NCBI GenBank assembly: GCA_023645945.1
Contig: JALAIB010000039.1
Coordinates: forward strand, 1-42,903
Reading direction: 5' to 3'
DNA from: Diploschistes diacapsis
Lineage: Eukaryota
Length of the DNA: 42,903 bases
Shown in pieces: positions 25,514-36,230 of the stretch. Made by a program: the position numbers and the translations under genes. Below the pieces are notes generated by a model. The model made no database searches, was not told the origin of the DNA, and saw only the letters and a program-made list of their open reading frames with translations. The first letter of the stretch is position 1. Each line of letters starts with the position of its first letter.

Positions 25514-26067
25514 GAAGTGCTTCAGATCGTCCGAAAATGTATTCGAAGTCGCTCGCAGGCATGGGCCCCCTCCTTCTGGTAGAGGTTCGCGAGCATGCTC
25601 TGTTTAGGGACATGGGTCTGCTGCTCGTTCCTTAACCTGGGAGCGATGAACAGAGATACTGTAGGATAGGCATATAGCTCGATCTTCGGAAAGATAGCGG
25701 AACAGCTGCGGCTGCTATCAAGGAGTGAGGAGCAGGTGCCCTGAAGATTGAATAAGGATCAGTCGGAGAATTACCAACCGTTTAGAAATGCGTAGAATTA
25801 GATATTTGATGTCTTTTTCGTGTGGTGCCTCATGCTTGGGGCTTGTATGACATGGATCGGTTAAGTAGAGTTCAGAGGTAACTCCAAACCCTTCAAGTTG
25901 TGCACTGGGTTCTGCCTTTAACTGTAGAATAACATCGGAAGGGAGTAGTCATTATACAAGAAAATGGTCGATACAATCAGCTCTTGAAGGCAACACTTTC
26001 TTATTCGTGCAATACCCTCAGCCTATGTTGCCTCTTGTCGAGTGAGTAGAGATCTCGGTAATGAGCC

Positions 26068-28263
26068 TCACATGCTCCCATTCGGTGCTGGTACAGCAGC
26101 AACAGCAGAGGGGTCGAAATACAACAATTGATTCCAGTCGTAGTCTGCCGTTGGATCGAACGATGCCGCCCAATCCATGCCCAGTTCAGCATCGCCGCCG
26201 TGGCCATCCCTAGGATTCAAATCAAAGGAAGTAAAGTAACCGGCGTTGAACTCCACGGAGTTAAAGAACGGGGAGGTCACCTGAGTAAGCACGGCACTGT
26301 TTTGGAGATTGCTCGAAGAGGCTTCAGATCGCACATGCGATCCGGCCCGCTCGATTCGACTTATGCGCACCTTTCCAAAGTATGGGATCGTCGTTTCGAA
26401 GGGCTCCGCGCCCAAGTACATACCGTGATAAGCCATTGTGAGATACTCAAGCACTTCCGCCCCTTGCTCTGCGACTCTGCACTTCATAGCCTTTGATAGT
26501 TGCCGCAGACTCTTGGTTAGCCCGTCGACAAGCGTCCAGTCTTCTGCGTCCTGGAAGTCGTCTCGTCTGGAGGTTGGGGAGAGCAGGCCAATCATAAGAA
26601 CGACAGCTGCACTGAAGGCTTCGAAGTCCATCAAGTCGCACATGATTACGGCGGACACGCTGTTGTTTCGCATGGCCTGATATGCCTTGATCATTTCCCT
26701 CGACGCAGTCAGCGCGCAGCTGCGGCTATGTTCAAAGCCGCTTTCGAAGGACGACTTGAGCATATAAGGTAAATGTAACATCTTGTAAAGCTTGTAGCAG
26801 AATAATTTAATGGTCTGGCGAAGGTAGATCTCTTCGAGAGGCATGGCAAGACTGGGCGATTCGCTCCACCATTCACTGGGAATTTCCTTGAGGTATTGTT
26901 GCACTTCCTGTTCGAGCTGCAAGGTGTGTGAATAGTCGAGGTTGCGTTGGTTCTGGTCTCGGTCAATGATGTGGCCACAGATAATGGCGAGTCCCGCTAA
27001 TAGCCTGGAGGCAGTGGAATAGTGCTTGTTATTTTCTATTGATATACTTGGATGAGAGTCTGATATTGCGTATGGGAAACCCAAGGTCATCGAAAGTTGT
27101 CTATCGAATTGCCATATATGCGCCCAAATCTCTGCATCCATCTCCCGGTTCCGCCTATCATGACGGTGAAGTCCCAAAGACAACGCTGTATTCAGGGCTC
27201 GGCGCACGCTCAGCCAACCCTTTCGTGGTTTGCCCATGTTGATAAACAATTTGGCTTTGAGCAGGAAACACTCCAGAACTTCGACACTGCTTTCCGACTC
27301 AGCGTCTACTGCGGCAAGAAGAATCTCTGCGCCATCCATATAGGCCCCCTGTAAAGTGTTCTGATCAGCCGGCATTTTAGTCTGTAACCAAATGTCTTCT
27401 GGAAGCTGCTGCACACACAAGGTCAGCCATAGTATAGCTTTGGCAATAGTAACAGGATCCTGAGACTGTAGCGAATTGAGAATGAAGTCCCTTCCTGCAG
27501 TCAATCGACTAGATTGGCTTAAGGTAGTTGAACTGAACGGAATGTTGGTAGCTGCGGGCTGCACAGGCCATATAAGCCAGAATTTCTCCGTCGAATCTAG
27601 TATTAACGTCAAATCGTTAGGCTGCGGTATAAGCGCCTTTAGAGCGTCAATGCTAGCTGTGATATGCCTCTTGTCCGCAGGACCAACATAACCTTCGTCA
27701 TCCCCCTCGTTCGTCGGCTGGATCACCATTGCCTCCTTAAACAGATTCAGAAGTGGTGCATCCTGAAGACGATCGGCCTCACTGGAGCATGGTCTGAGTT
27801 CATCCGGGTTGGACCGGGTATTTTGCTCGTCTGCTCGGTCTTTACGTGTAAACTCTCCCGCTCGGTCCTGGGTTGATGAATGCGAAGACACTAGGCGCCT
27901 CAGTGCTTCCGATGCTGTCGTTTCAAAGTCAGAGAGATTTGAGCATTCAACGTCAAGATCGACCGCTTTGCAGATACGTCGGACCATCTGTTCGAGATCG
28001 CCGAGTCTTTGCTGCAGATTTTCTGAGACCCCAGTGCCGTTATCGCCTGAATCAGAGCTGCTGAGGCCTTGCTTCCTACATGGAGTATTGTGTGCAGCGC
28101 ATTCCTTACACACTGAACTTTGATGGACAAAGACGCATCGAACCTTCCGCCGCCGGCATTCTATGCAGCTCCGTGTGCCCAAACGCATTTTCTTTGGCAA
28201 ATTCCTCTGCACGCCGTGCCGAAGAGCTTCATGGCCACGTTGGGTTTCTTCGAAGGTATTCAT
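26068..28263 (-). CDS. Zn(II)2Cys6 transcription factor
   Basis: CIECRRRKVRC-x7-CKEC-x6-C cluster; middle-homology motifs (ALSLGLHR, IWQFDRQLSMTLGFP, LHLPY). 731-aa intronless ORF. Confidence 0.93.
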   Translation of the reverse strand: MNTFEETQRGHEALRHGVQRNLPKKMRLGTRSCIECRRRKVRCVFVHQSSVCKECAAHNTPCRKQGLSSSDSGDNGTGVSENLQQRLGDLEQMVRRICKAVDLDVECSNLSDFETTASEALRRLVSSHSSTQDRAGEFTRKDRADEQNTRSNPDELRPCSSEADRLQDAPLLNLFKEAMVIQPTNEGDDEGYVGPADKRHITASIDALKALIPQPNDLTLILDSTEKFWLIWPVQPAATNIPFSSTTLSQSSRLTAGRDFILNSLQSQDPVTIAKAILWLTLCVQQLPEDIWLQTKMPADQNTLQGAYMDGAEILLAAVDAESESSVEVLECFLLKAKLFINMGKPRKGWLSVRRALNTALSLGLHRHDRRNREMDAEIWAHIWQFDRQLSMTLGFPYAISDSHPSISIENNKHYSTASRLLAGLAIICGHIIDRDQNQRNLDYSHTLQLEQEVQQYLKEIPSEWWSESPSLAMPLEEIYLRQTIKLFCYKLYKMLHLPYMLKSSFESGFEHSRSCALTASREMIKAYQAMRNNSVSAVIMCDLMDFEAFSAAVVLMIGLLSPTSRRDDFQDAEDWTLVDGLTKSLRQLSKAMKCRVAEQGAEVLEYLTMAYHGMYLGAEPFETTIPYFGKVRISRIERAGSHVRSEASSSNLQNSAVLTQVTSPFFNSVEFNAGYFTSFDLNPRDGHGGDAELGMDWAASFDPTADYDWNQLLYFDPSAVAAVPAPNGSM

Positions 28264-29351
28264 TCCAAAGAGCCGCTCATTTCGAGATTTTGGCTAAACG
28301 ATGTGGGCTAAGGCTCAACCTGATGGGTGAACATATTTGCCATTGAACCGTCAAAAGCTGATATTGAATTGTTTAGTGAAGGGCCAATGAGCTTTTTGGT
28401 TGTTGCCTAAAATGCATCTCCTGATTAGTAAGAGAGCATAGCAGTGAGCAGTAGCTTTCATAAAAGGGCACCAAATTAATGCAAACCCCGTGCATAAAAT
28501 TCACGTTCATTTTTGGCCCCTATTAAGCAATACTGAGCATCCAAAACCGCGGTGGATATCCGAACCTGTAACTCCCACATCCAGATAGTATTCTACATTC
28601 CTTGCATCCTTCGCAGGTGTTGCTGCTCTTTTTTCTGCTTGCCTTGCTCTGCCCTCATGACGTGTTCTGCCTACCTGCGGCCTCTCTCAGCCTTCTAAGA
28701 TAGGCGAAGTGAAGAGCGCAGGTACTTATTGAGAGCTTGAGGTGGCTCTTGAAGTGGGCTTTCTACATTGCTGTTGTCTGTGTGAGCTGCAGTGAGTGGC
28801 ACGGATGTGCCGCCTAGCACCTCTACCACAGTCCTTGGCCGGTACTCGAAACCCCATTGGCAACTCGAGACATCGTTGGCTGGTGATGGCACTGCTAAGC
28901 ACTCAAGATCCTGCTGGTTGCTCGAAGAATATGCGCCCAAACCTCAATCATTGATACAAGCTGCTCACCATCCTCAAGAATACTGACCAAGCGCGCTTGG
29001 TACGTCTGGGATCAATGTCTTCATAAGAATTGTGCGCGGTTATCGAGGCCCTCTATTCCATGGTCCGCAGTGCAAGCTTGGAAGTTGGTTGGAGGGGTTG
29101 CTTTAGAGTGACCTCTCTGCGTTCTCCACCTGTAGGTTTTGTTTGACTCGCGACGCTAAAGGAACCTGAGCCGCCTATGAATGATGAATAAGCACGCTAT
29201 TAGAGGTGGGGAGAACGTCGGTTTATGATAGAAGCTCAGATGCGAGCGTGAATAAGGCGGGTCAATCAAGCCCTTCAACAATTACTGCCCAGCGATGAGA
29301 TAGGAATCTGGTATTTTGAATGACAAATGATCAGTTGCTTGGTCACTCGCA

Positions 29352-29369
29352 CGAACTCGGTCGAGTTCG
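29352..29369. promoter_or_regulatory. Perfect palindrome upstream of TATA box
   Basis: CGAACTCG-GT-CGAGTTCG, about 45 nt upstream of TATATAAA (about 29413) of the peroxiredoxin-like gene. Confidence 0.45.
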
Positions 29370-29522
29370 GAAGCAGACCACCATTTACCAGACTAATACG
29401 GTAGTCGTCACCTATATAAATATTAGCCCAGATGCCCTGTGTTCTAGCAATTAGAACCCGGACAAAGTACCTCTATCACACAGAAGCAACTGTACAACAA
29501 AACCTCTACCGAACCCGGGAAC

Positions 29523-30173
29523 ATGAGTCTCGCAGCACAACTCGCCAATACCTTCGAAGCTTTCCAAAAGAATGCACCAGATGCAGCAAAGAACCCTATC
29601 ATCGCCGCCAAAGACAAACATGTACGAACCTTTGATACCTCCAAAGCCATTCAACCGGGCGAGAAGCTTCCCGAATTCGCCCTCCCTGACGCCACAGGCA
29701 AGGAGGTGAGTAGCAAGAAGCTGCTCTCTCAGGGCCCTTTGCTCATCACATTCTATCGTGGCGAATGGTGCCCCTTCTGCAACCTGGCCATTTCAGCCTT
29801 CCAGAAGCATTTGCCCGAAATCAAGGCCAAGGGGGTAAACCTTGTGGCCATCTCGCCCGAGCTACCCAACCAATCCCTCACCACAATGGAGAAGTACAAC
29901 CTCGAGTTTTCTGTGCTGTCCGACGAGAGCAACAAGCTCGCTAAGCAGCTAGGCTTGCTATTTGCCATGCCAGATACCCTGAAGCCAGTGTTTGAGATGT
30001 TCGGCACCGATCTGAAGAAGCGCAACGGAGATGACTCGTTTGAGGTTCCTGTTCCTGCCACAATGCTGGTGGATCAACACGGGATCGTCAGGAACACTTG
30101 GGTTGATCCAGACTATACCAAGAGATGCGATCCGAAGACGACACTCGAGTGGATTGGCGCTATGAAAGCATGA
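29523..30173 (+). CDS. AhpC/TSA peroxiredoxin-like thioredoxin-fold protein
   Basis: PEFALPD, LLITFYRGEWCPFC (CxxC), VAISPE, VLSD, PVPATMLVD. Intronless. Confidence 0.9.
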   Translation: MSLAAQLANTFEAFQKNAPDAAKNPIIAAKDKHVRTFDTSKAIQPGEKLPEFALPDATGKEVSSKKLLSQGPLLITFYRGEWCPFCNLAISAFQKHLPEIKAKGVNLVAISPELPNQSLTTMEKYNLEFSVLSDESNKLAKQLGLLFAMPDTLKPVFEMFGTDLKKRNGDDSFEVPVPATMLVDQHGIVRNTWVDPDYTKRCDPKTTLEWIGAMKA

Positions 30174-30399
30174 TTCAGGAAACGGGGGCTTTCTGCGCTT
30201 TCGATTGCTTGGCGTAGGAGGTTAGGGGCTTTAAATGCTGTGGTCGCGAGCTGGCAGGTCTAATAAATCCAGTCCACCCAGCAATAGCGTGTACCAGTAC
30301 CTGCATACTGCATCAACTAATACAAACAGAATAGTGCAACCATATCATCACACCAACATGAACATAAAGCCAGGGCACTCCCGACCATTTAATATCCAA

Positions 30400-31678
30400 T
30401 CAATCTTCCTTCTTCTGATGACCATGGGACACCTGGTAACCGCTCTGCATCTTTTCATGCTCCGGCAGCTCCCATCCTTTCACTTTCTCATTTAGAATCC
30501 ATCCAAAAATGAGATCCAGCCTCACGAGAGAGCCCAACCACATGAGCCGCTGCATGATAGCGATAGTAAAGGCATCCACGGTATTTTGTCGAAAAGGCTT
30601 GGTTGACCAACTCCCTTTCGTATTTGATTCATGAAGGGCCGGAACTTATCCTCATACGCCTTGAGCGCTATCGTAAGACACTGCTTGGTATCATCTCCTC
30701 GATCGGCAGCCCCTCCGCAGTGTCTCCCAATTTCCCCAGCTAAGACATAAGCACCTATAATAGCGCAAGTAGTGCCCATACCGATATCCGCCGATGGACA
30801 GTAGGCAGCGTCTCCCACAAGCGTTACACGGCCCTGGAACCAAGAATCCAACTTAACGAGGCCTTGACGCTCGCAGTAAAAGTTGTCAGCTTCGTTTGAT
30901 GACTCTGAGATGGCTTCGACTTGCCACCCTGCGCCTCGAAAACCTTTGCGAAAGCTTTTTTCTCCTCCCTGACGTCTCCCCTCCAAACACTGTTGAGTCG
31001 TTCCGAAATGCTCCTGCAGGTTATGTATACCTGCATTTCATGCCGGTTGTGCCTTCGGGTCATTACGGCCCGTCCTCCAGGAGCAATGTACGATGTAGCG
31101 ATGTACTCTTCTCCGTGTTGCATTGGCCGAGGAATTGTGAAGTATGCTACGCATTCATCGAGCGAGCGAAAACCGTCCGCGACGTCGGATCCGAGCATCA
31201 TCTTGCGGGTGCGCGATCCTTGGCCATGAGCACCGATAAGGATATCAAATCGGACCTCAAGAGAGCCACCCTTCTCTTCAAAGCTTTCAATCGACGTCCC
31301 AAAGATGTACTTTGCCCGATCTTTCGTAACGTCATACATAATCCAACAGAGGTCTCGTCTCATTATCTCGAAGTCGCTGGTGATACTTTGCACACCTTTG
31401 CCTGACTTGTTTGCTGGGAAATAGACCTGGCATCTTCCTGAGCGGTCAACCACCTGCAGACCCTGCTCCGGGGCTGCTTTGGAGCGAAAAGCATGTTCGA
31501 GACCTATACGCTTCCTGACTTCGCTTCCATGCCCATGTAGATCTAGCTGAAGGCCGTTGACCCTTAGGCCTGGGAAACGTTCGATGACGGTTACGTTGTG
31601 GCCGAGCTTCGAGAGCCAGAAGGCGACGGCGTTGCCGGCGATTCCTGCACCGTTGATGAGGACCTTCAGTCCCGCCAT
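30400..31678 (-). pseudogene. FAD-dependent monooxygenase (FAD_binding_3 type), frameshifted
   Basis: GAGIAG, LIGAHG (normally GADG), VTLVGDAAYCPS. Frameshift near 30940 (AKVF / RGAGWQ in different frames) and another near 30570. Confidence 0.8.
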
Positions 31679-32366
31679 AGTCTGACAATTGTTGTGAGCG
31701 CTCGAATTGTGACAGAGTTATCACATGAGATAGGTGGATCCTGGTCAGGTTGACGGTAAGAAGCGGTGTTGATATCAAGCAAGATCTCTGCTCGCTTAAG
31801 GCCGACCCCAAAGATCTCATCTGATTGGCACAAACGGCTAGTTTCAATTGAAAGTTGTTGAAAGAAGTTCCCAGACGATCCTCTCAATATGTCGGCGCAG
31901 GCAGTAACATCGTCATTTCAGCTTCGGATAGTATCAGACCTCGGAGTGCGAAGACCAGAACCACGTCGGGATTTCTCAATAACTTCCGAGTTGCCCACTC
32001 GGTCCCCTTTCTAAGGAAGAAGGTGAGAGAGCCGGCTTTGTCAGAGGTGGAGGTTCAGTCAGAACTTACAAACGAAATACTACTCCAATGAGTCGTCCCC
32101 CTTAGTAAGTTCTTCAAGGAGCCACGAATTAGGTGAGTTCCACAAATCTTAAGACGTATGGCTGCATCACACTAGGTCCTAAAGTGGACGAATCAACTTG
32201 AAGTACATGGACCGTGAACGCTGAGGCTGTTGCCCTATTCCTTTCATCGTCATATCATCGCTATCTAATGGTTTAGTAAGGTTTCCCTAACGAGCACTAT
32301 CGCGAGCCTTGTTGTTGTATGGACTCAACCGCGTTGATAGCCATAAGCCATCGATTGACTATCTGC

Positions 32367-33261
32367 TTACTTCTTCTTCTTGGTCACACCTCCATCCACA
32401 GTGATATCTTGTCCCGTAACAAAGCCCGCGTTAACAAGGTACTCCACCGCATCTGCAATGTCCTTTGGTCGCCCAGCGCGATTCGTTGGGTGATCTTCGA
32501 CATCCTTATCTTCGTTAAGCTCCGCCCACTGCGTGCCCTTCTCATCGCCATCCTTGCTCTCGTGCGCAACCTTGATGCGGCCCGGCGCCACCAGGTTGAC
32601 TCTAATGCCCCACTGCGACAAACTGATGGCCATGCTGTGCATGAGACCCAGCTGCCCGGCCTTGGTCGATGCGTAACCCTCTTGATTAGGATCTGACTGG
32701 AGCGCACGGAAGGAGCCGATGTGGATGATGCAGGGGCCGGCGTCCGACTCGTTGTGGTGGGCTGCGTCCTTGCTGTCTTCTTGCTTCATGTACGGCAGGC
32801 AGGCTTGTGAAACGGCAAACGGCGCTGTAAGGTTCGTTTCGATGTAGCTGGGCGCTCATATGTCAGTATAGTCGCAAACTAGCGTCGTAGATAGAGGTTC
32901 CTCTCATAACTTACGCTTGCCACTGAGAGATAGTATCGAATTCTGCCATGGTTTTCCCGTCGCCCCAGTTCGGTGTCGCAATACCACCGTTGTTGACAAG
33001 GACATCAATTCGGCCACCAAGCCAGTCTGCAGCTTGCTTGACCCTATCCCGGATCTCATCCACTGAGCGGAGGTTGCAGATGGTCGACTGGACTTGCTTC
33101 TTGTCGTAGTATTGCTTCAGGTGCACGGTAGTAGTGTGCTTGAGCTCTTCCTCGTCAATATCAAAGATGGAGACTTTGTAGCCGCGTTCGAGGAAGCGCC
33201 GAGCGATGCAGCGGCCAATACCCCTCGCACCGCCGCTGATAACTGCTGTCTTGGAAGACAT
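32367..33261 (-). CDS. Short-chain dehydrogenase/reductase
   Basis: SGGARGIG, VLVNNGG, YASTK, VNLVAPG, FVTGQDITVDGG. Intron 32914-32848. Confidence 0.92.
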
Positions 33262-34018
33262 TGTCGTCACAGCTTTGATTGTTGTTCCAATAGCTGAGAA
33301 CACACGTTGGCTTGTTGGTACAAAATGGTTGAGAGACGAAATTATTGGAGATCCGGCTTTCGAATAACTCGCCGTAATGTTGTTTCGTCATCGTGATGAA
33401 TATGGGGTTGTTCTTTCTTTTACACTGGATCAGTCTTCTTGCTGTGTACTACCTTCCCCTCTCAAAAGAATATTTTCCAGACTAACACGAAGCTTACAAC
33501 GATCGTGATATGGGCGGGCATGGAATAAGTAACCTCACCTCATCGAACGTGCTGAGTGTGGTTCCCTTTTTCAACTTAACTTGCAATGAAAACATATTGA
33601 TTATTCATTATTTCTGTACTAGAAGGTGGTAGGTTGGTGGCTTTTCCCTTCAATTGTCCTAGTCATCAATTGCTTCCACGAGAGATTCTCTAATCACCCA
33701 TGCGCTCCATGGGTATATATACCTTTATATCGCCATATATCTTGTAATTCGCTGGGTCTCTTATAAGGAAGAACAGCATGCTCTGGAAAATGACGTGCTG
33801 ATTGCACAAAACGCCGTTGTGGCCTTCAACTGAAATTCATTAACGAGCATGGGCGAGCTCAATATATCTCCTCCTGCACCCGCAACTTAGGGATGTGCTA
33901 GACACAGTACAACTCGTCCGCACCATCTTCCAGCAACGGCACTACAGATTAAAGATGCCACAGCAGGTTTCATGCCACCTGAATGGTCATCATCGTTGCA
34001 TTTCCTACCCGTGCGCAT

Positions 34019-34461
34019 TTAAGCCTGTGAGGTATCAGCAAGTAAACGCTTCGAACGAAGTGCCTTGGGCAGTACCTGAGCCTCTCTTTCCTCAACACCA
34101 TCAACATCTTCGGTGAAATTGGGTTGCCGGAATACCTACAATAGTTTTGTGAGCACACATACGACTTCAAAGTTTGCTTCGTACTTGAGCCTCTCTCGTC
34201 TCAACGCCATCAACGTTGTCAGTGAACGTGGGCTCACGGAATGCCTACAACCATTTAGTGAGTAACTAGGAGACTGACGTTTGAGCCATACTTGAGCTTC
34301 TCTTCGTTCGAGAATCTCCGGATCTTTCATCTCATGTCAGCCCAGTCCATTCCACTCCTGAATTATTTTTTCGACCTACAAGGATCTGGCCGAGTGATAG
34401 GCACAGCAGTGGCAAAGGCGCTCAAGGCAGCCAAGACTACAGAAACACATACGATATGCAT
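34019..34461 (-). CDS. 79-aa secreted repeat peptide precursor (putative RiPP precursor, UstA-like role)
   Basis: Exons 34461-34380, 34323-34292, 34244-34185, 34135-34076, 34024-34019, with four GT-AG introns of 47-56 nt carrying branch-like sites. Product MHIVCVSVVLAALSAFATAVPITRPDPYPEILERREAQAFREPTFTDNVDGVETREAQVFRQPNFTEDVDGVEEREAQA*. TATATAA at 34554-34548. Confidence 0.88.
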
Positions 34462-35191
34462 AATCGACGATCGGCCTTGGACGAAGAGATGTTCAAAGTA
34501 AGAGAGCAGAAAGCATCGATACTTCAGCTTTGGACGGGTCGAGGGCCTTATATAGGTCCACCCGGAAGCTTCGCAACAGAAATAAGAAGCGTTGCTAAGG
34601 TTCTATACACCGATCGTCCAGCATTACACTCATCGCACCCTTGCAGGCTTCGGGCAATGGAACAATGACAGGTAGACAGTGAGACATCTCCAGCCGGCGT
34701 GTCATACGGTATTTGAGATGGAACGGTACATCTTCAGTAGGCCCAAGACCAATTTTCCTAACCGTGTCCTGCAGTCTATAGCAATCGAGGACAGGACATT
34801 TACCCGATGAGTAGATCTGAGTTGGGCTTAGCGCTACTTGACTGGATGCCTTCGAAGGAAACCCGACGTTACATAGAGCTGCTGCAGTTTTGGCAGTTTC
34901 TTTGCTATCACCGGCCAGCCTCTTACGTGTAGGCCCACTGCTATAAGTCTTGGTTACTTGAACTAGTTTCTGCCAAGTCTGATGCAAATCTGGCTATAGG
35001 ATCCGTGCCTTGGTCCAATATCAACCCCTTTAAAGCAAGAATAGTACTTCCTCTTTTGAAAAGCAGAGGTCACAAGGGAAACGCGGCCCTGTTCGCAGCC
35101 TTATCTCTGCCGTTGGAAGCTTGGGGGGATCCAACGCGTACATTAAACCCGCGGTCAGTCTCTTGCCCTTGCGCGTTTTGAACACCTCACA

Positions 35192-36230
35192 ATGTCCGTT
35201 ATGTCCCCTCCAACTAGGATCGAACGCAAGTCACTCGACTGGGAGCTCCGCTCGGAGACTTCGAAAGACTTTCTTCTTGGCGCTGGCCAGAAATCACAAC
35301 CAGCAACCTTTCCGAAGAATCCAAAACGGCTCTTCATTGCCCTTACTGTCGGGAATGCAGTCTTCTTCATTGCAGGTTGTCTTGTATAGTTGCTTCTAAT
35401 CTCATCGAAACAAGATCACAAAAAGAAGTGGAAGGCTGTATCTCTATACTGTAAGCAGCAAAATATATACTGAGTGTCTACTCCTCTAACGGTGAGCAGC
35501 TCCCATCTTCGACAAAGGTATAAACTTCGACCTAAACGAATCCACCATGAATCGTACACTCTGGGCTATGGACGAGTCGACTTCAATATACATTCAGGAT
35601 CCGAGTCCCGAGGTCGACGCAGCTTGGGAGTATATCTCGGCCTATGCCAAGCCTATCATCACCATTGATCGAGCAGAGGTGACGGCCTTGGGGAGGGATC
35701 CAGATGTCATTGTCAAGGCACCTGATGAGTGGAATATGGGGGACGCTGCCTACCCAGCTCAAATTAACGTATTTCACGACATACATTGTCTCAACATGCT
35801 GCGCAAGGAGATGGTAACCGGTCCACTGAAATCGCCCTTGGTATCGCAGTCACTAACATGCAGAATATAGTGGTGGGATTACTATTACCGTTCAAGGTTT
35901 GGCGACCGTGCAAACCAGCCGTATCTTCACGTTAGGCACAAGCGGCACTGCCTCCGCAAGGTCCTCCAAGCACTAATGTGTAGCGCTGATGTGGACATCG
36001 TGACGCATAATTGGAGACGCGGGACCCTTCATCCAATAGCTGATTTTGACAACCCACGAAAATGTAGGAACTTTGAGAGCTTAGTAGATTGGAACAACAT
36101 AAATGGAGTTCCCGTCGACGAAGAAGCATGGCGCACCATCAAGCGGCCAGATAAGGCCGTAGTGCTGCCGAAGGCGACACCAAATTTGTACACGCCTGAA
36201 GACAGTGAGGAGTGGATAAACTCAATTTAG
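35192..36230 (+). pseudogene. UstYa-like DUF3328 oxidase with in-frame TAG
   Basis: N-terminal TM helix, SLYSP, PSPEVDAAWE, FHDIHCLNMLRK, HKRHCLRKVLQALMCSAD, CRNFESLVDW. Introns 35451-35499 and 35814-35870. Single TAG at 35387-35389 within the TM helix. Confidence 0.88.

Noticed and set aside
33970..34330. ORF-track ORFs 33970-34170 and 34136-34330
   Set aside because: Read-through of introns and off-frame exons of the spliced precursor gene.
34019..34461. Alpha-type mating pheromone precursor (RR-EA processing sites)
   Set aside because: Repeats lack the Trp/Cys/GQ-containing motif of Pezizomycotina alpha pheromones, and the gene is divergent from a DUF3328 oxidase. Disfavoured but not formally excluded.
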